From Actinomycetes bacterium (lineage in GTDB: Bacteria > Actinomycetota > Acidimicrobiia > Acidimicrobiales > Bog-793): DNA of 64,000 nt. A program made the position numbers and the translations under genes. Below are positions 62,120 through 64,000 of the stretch, in pieces. The notes beneath the pieces were generated by a model. That model had not been told where the DNA came from and did no database searches. It saw only the letters and a program-made list of their open reading frames with translations. The first letter of the stretch is position 1; every line of letters starts with the position of its first letter. Where the stretch lies: the NCBI GenBank assembly GCA_021798275.1, contig JAJZMK010000053.1, positions 1,564 through 65,563 of the forward strand, in the 5' to 3' direction.

Positions 62120-62596
62120 GTGAAAAACGTATCTAAACAAAAGCGCCATTATGAAATAACCGATATTTTATTGAATCATATCGTTACCGGTCAACCGCAA
62201 TTGGTAGATCTACTTGAAGCAAGAGGTATAAGTGTCACCCAGGCAACCATATCAAGAGATCTTGTGGAATTGGGTGTAATAAGGGTGAGGATACCAAACG
62301 TCGATGGACAAGTCTATGCTTTACCTGAATTGCCTAAAGACAGGATAGCACCTCTCGATCATTTGAGAAGAGTACTTGGGGAATGGGTAATAGATATCGA
62401 TATATCCGGCAATTTGATTGTGGTACGCACTCCCCCCGGTTCTGCCCATGTGGTAGCCTCTGCGCTCGACCGTAGCAATTTGGCAAACGTCATAGGTACC
62501 GTTGCCGGTGATGATACGGTATTGATCGTAACTAAAGACCTTGAAGGAGGTGTAAAAGTCGCCAAACAACTCCACGAATTGGCGCGTATGGAGTAA
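62120..62596 (+). CDS. argR: Arginine repressor
   Basis: Winged helix 'ATISRDLVELG', C-terminal 'GTVAGDDTVLIV'. GTG start immediately after the argF stop. Confidence 0.85.
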   Translation: MKNVSKQKRHYEITDILLNHIVTGQPQLVDLLEARGISVTQATISRDLVELGVIRVRIPNVDGQVYALPELPKDRIAPLDHLRRVLGEWVIDIDISGNLIVVRTPPGSAHVVASALDRSNLANVIGTVAGDDTVLIVTKDLEGGVKVAKQLHELARME

Positions 62597-62598
62597 TA

Positions 62599-62616
62599 CC
62601 GGAAAACCGGGTTTTT
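62599..62616 (+). terminator. Very short hairpin CCGG-aaaa-CCGG followed by gTTTTT, after argR
   Basis: Read directly. The stem is only 4 bp. Confidence 0.25.
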
Positions 62617-62828
62617 AAAAAATATTGTTGCAAACGGAACCGGTAGGTACTGTGTTGCAGGTGTGAATCTTGGAATACTCGATGTAAATCTCTACCTGTT
62701 ACAGGTGGAGCACTTAGTTATTGGAACATAATGCATATAGATTACATAAAGATACGACAGACATACATATCTTCGCGTGATAAAGCTAATGTATATCCGG
62801 CATCTTTATGTGGGAAGGAAATTATAAA

Positions 62829-64000
62829 ATGAGAAATAAAGTTGTACTGGCTTATTCGGGAGGTTTGGATACTTCCGTGGCTGTTCATTGGTTGAAAGAG
62901 ACTAAAGGTTATGACGTCATAGCTCTGTCACTCGATGTCGGGCAAGCCGATACCGATTTCGACGCTATTTCGGAGAGGGCCATAAAAGCCGGTGCCGTTG
63001 ACGTCGTCGTTGTGGATGCCAAAGAAGAAATGGCTAATGACTATGTAAGACCTTCCCTGGCGGCGAATGCACTTTACGAGGGGAAATACCCCCTTGTATC
63101 GGCTCTGTCAAGGCCGTTAATAGTCTCGCATTTGATCAAGGTGGCCAAACAGTTTTCTGCATCTGCCATTGCTCACGGCTGTACGGGTAAGGGCAATGAC
63201 CAAGTCCGTTTCGAAGTTGGTGCCATTGCTCTGGATCCGGATATAGATGTAATAGCGCCGGTCAGGGAATGGAATATGACCAGAGAAGATTCGATTGTAT
63301 ATGCCAAGGAAAATAATCTTTTGATCCAAGCCAGCAAAGATCGTATATATTCGATCGACGAAAACCTTTGGGGCAGAGCGATAGAGTGCGGCATCCTTGA
63401 AGACCCTTGGATAAAACCGCCGGAAGACGTCTTTTCCTATACCGGTTTACTTGGCGCCGAAGACAAAAGCCAAGAAGCCAGGGAAGTAATTATAGGTTTT
63501 GAACATGGCGTGCCTTCCTCATTGGACGGGACAAAGATGTCTTTGTTGGCCATTATCAATCGTCTGAATATAATTGCCGGATCATGCGGGTTTGGGCGCA
63601 TAGATATGGTGGAAAGCAGAAGGGTAGGGATCAAGAGCCGTGAAGTCTATGAATGCCCAGCCGCTTTGGCCTTGATCGCCGCACATCAAGACCTAGAATC
63701 CTTTACCCTAGAAAGAGATGTGTTGCACGAGAAATTGAGGCTGGAGCCGCGTTTTGCCGAATTGGTCTATGACGGGCTCTGGTTCTCGCCATTGCGGGAG
63801 GCGCTCAATGCTTTTATGTCCGCTACACAAGAATATGTGACCGGTGAAGTTAAGATGCAATTTGGGCCGGGGCCCGCCGGTAAGGTAATAGGAAGGCGCA
63901 GTGACAAAGCCCTTTACGACTATAACCTGGCTACCTATGATGAAGCCGATTCCTTTAATCATGAAGATGCCGAAGGATTTGTTCGTGTATTCGGCCTTGG
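62829..64000 (+). CDS. argG: Argininosuccinate synthase (3'-partial, runs off the window)
   Basis: It is absent from the ORF track because no stop lies in the window. My translation from the ATG at 62829 reads 'MRNKVVLAYSGGLDTSVAV...AHGCTGKGNDQVRFE...SIDENLWGR...' and stays open to 64000. Confidence 0.95.
   Translation, partial: MRNKVVLAYSGGLDTSVAVHWLKETKGYDVIALSLDVGQADTDFDAISERAIKAGAVDVVVVDAKEEMANDYVRPSLAANALYEGKYPLVSALSRPLIVSHLIKVAKQFSASAIAHGCTGKGNDQVRFEVGAIALDPDIDVIAPVREWNMTREDSIVYAKENNLLIQASKDRIYSIDENLWGRAIECGILEDPWIKPPEDVFSYTGLLGAEDKSQEAREVIIGFEHGVPSSLDGTKMSLLAIINRLNIIAGSCGFGRIDMVESRRVGIKSREVYECPAALALIAAHQDLESFTLERDVLHEKLRLEPRFAELVYDGLWFSPLREALNAFMSATQEYVTGEVKMQFGPGPAGKVIGRRSDKALYDYNLATYDEADSFNHEDAEGFVRVFGL

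Noticed and set aside
62731-62748. ARG-box-like 'aaTGCATatagATTACat' upstream of argG
   Set aside because: The right half is out of register with ATTCA and the sequence is not palindromic. It is too weak to call without a PWM scan.
1-64000. tRNA, rRNA, CRISPR arrays, inteins, and recognisable defence or toxin-antitoxin gene pairs
   Set aside because: Scanning the intergenic regions by eye showed no T-loop (GGTTCGAATCC-like) context and no regularly spaced direct repeats. I found no defence or TA signatures. The nuclease-type genes here (HNH, DUF151, Nth) are single conserved housekeeping-type genes.

Overview
This window is mostly core chromosome from a low-GC actinobacterium. I found no convincing novel multi-gene system (no defence, toxin-antitoxin, CRISPR or retron signature).

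Taxonomic evidence is a mycothiol-synthase-like GNAT and a Mycobacterium-like gene order, with many GTG/TTG starts:
- alaS-ruvX-aroE
- hisDCBHA-hisF-hisI-trpE ... trpC-trpB-trpA
- argCJBDFR-argG

Other housekeeping genes:
- Cell envelope: two SEDS (FtsW/RodA) genes.
- Metabolism: guaA, ppk1, menF-menG and a GH3 glycosidase.
- DNA/RNA-related: rlmN, nth, an HNH endonuclease and a DUF151-type nuclease.
- Transport and regulation: an ABC exporter pair, a TetR regulator, an OmpR/HK two-component pair and a PAS-GGDEF(degenerate)-EAL protein.

The one clearly accessory piece is a small islet between a SEDS gene and guaA (about 10.3-13.6 kb). It holds about 0.9 kb with no ORF, a frameshifted RibD_C/DHFR-like pseudogene, and a GC-rich IS200/IS605-family element. 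That element has a twice-frameshifted tnpA and a tnpB that is intact except for one in-frame TGA. Hairpins at its 3' end fit an omega-RNA scaffold.

A second region without a believable gene (19.8-21.6 kb) looks like decayed coding sequence.

Smaller curiosities:
- A stand-alone GroES-fold gene inside the his cluster ends in a Hb-Tyr-X-like tail (GLYL).
- A separate trpF and an inverted trpC sit in an otherwise PriA-type synteny.
- Tandem ARG-box-like operators lie in front of argC.
- An (AT)10 tract and a perfect 18-bp in-frame duplication occur at the ABC transporter.
- Several housekeeping proteins carry insertions.

I saw no tRNA, rRNA or CRISPR array. All calls rest on reading the ORF track and my own hand translation, with no database search.
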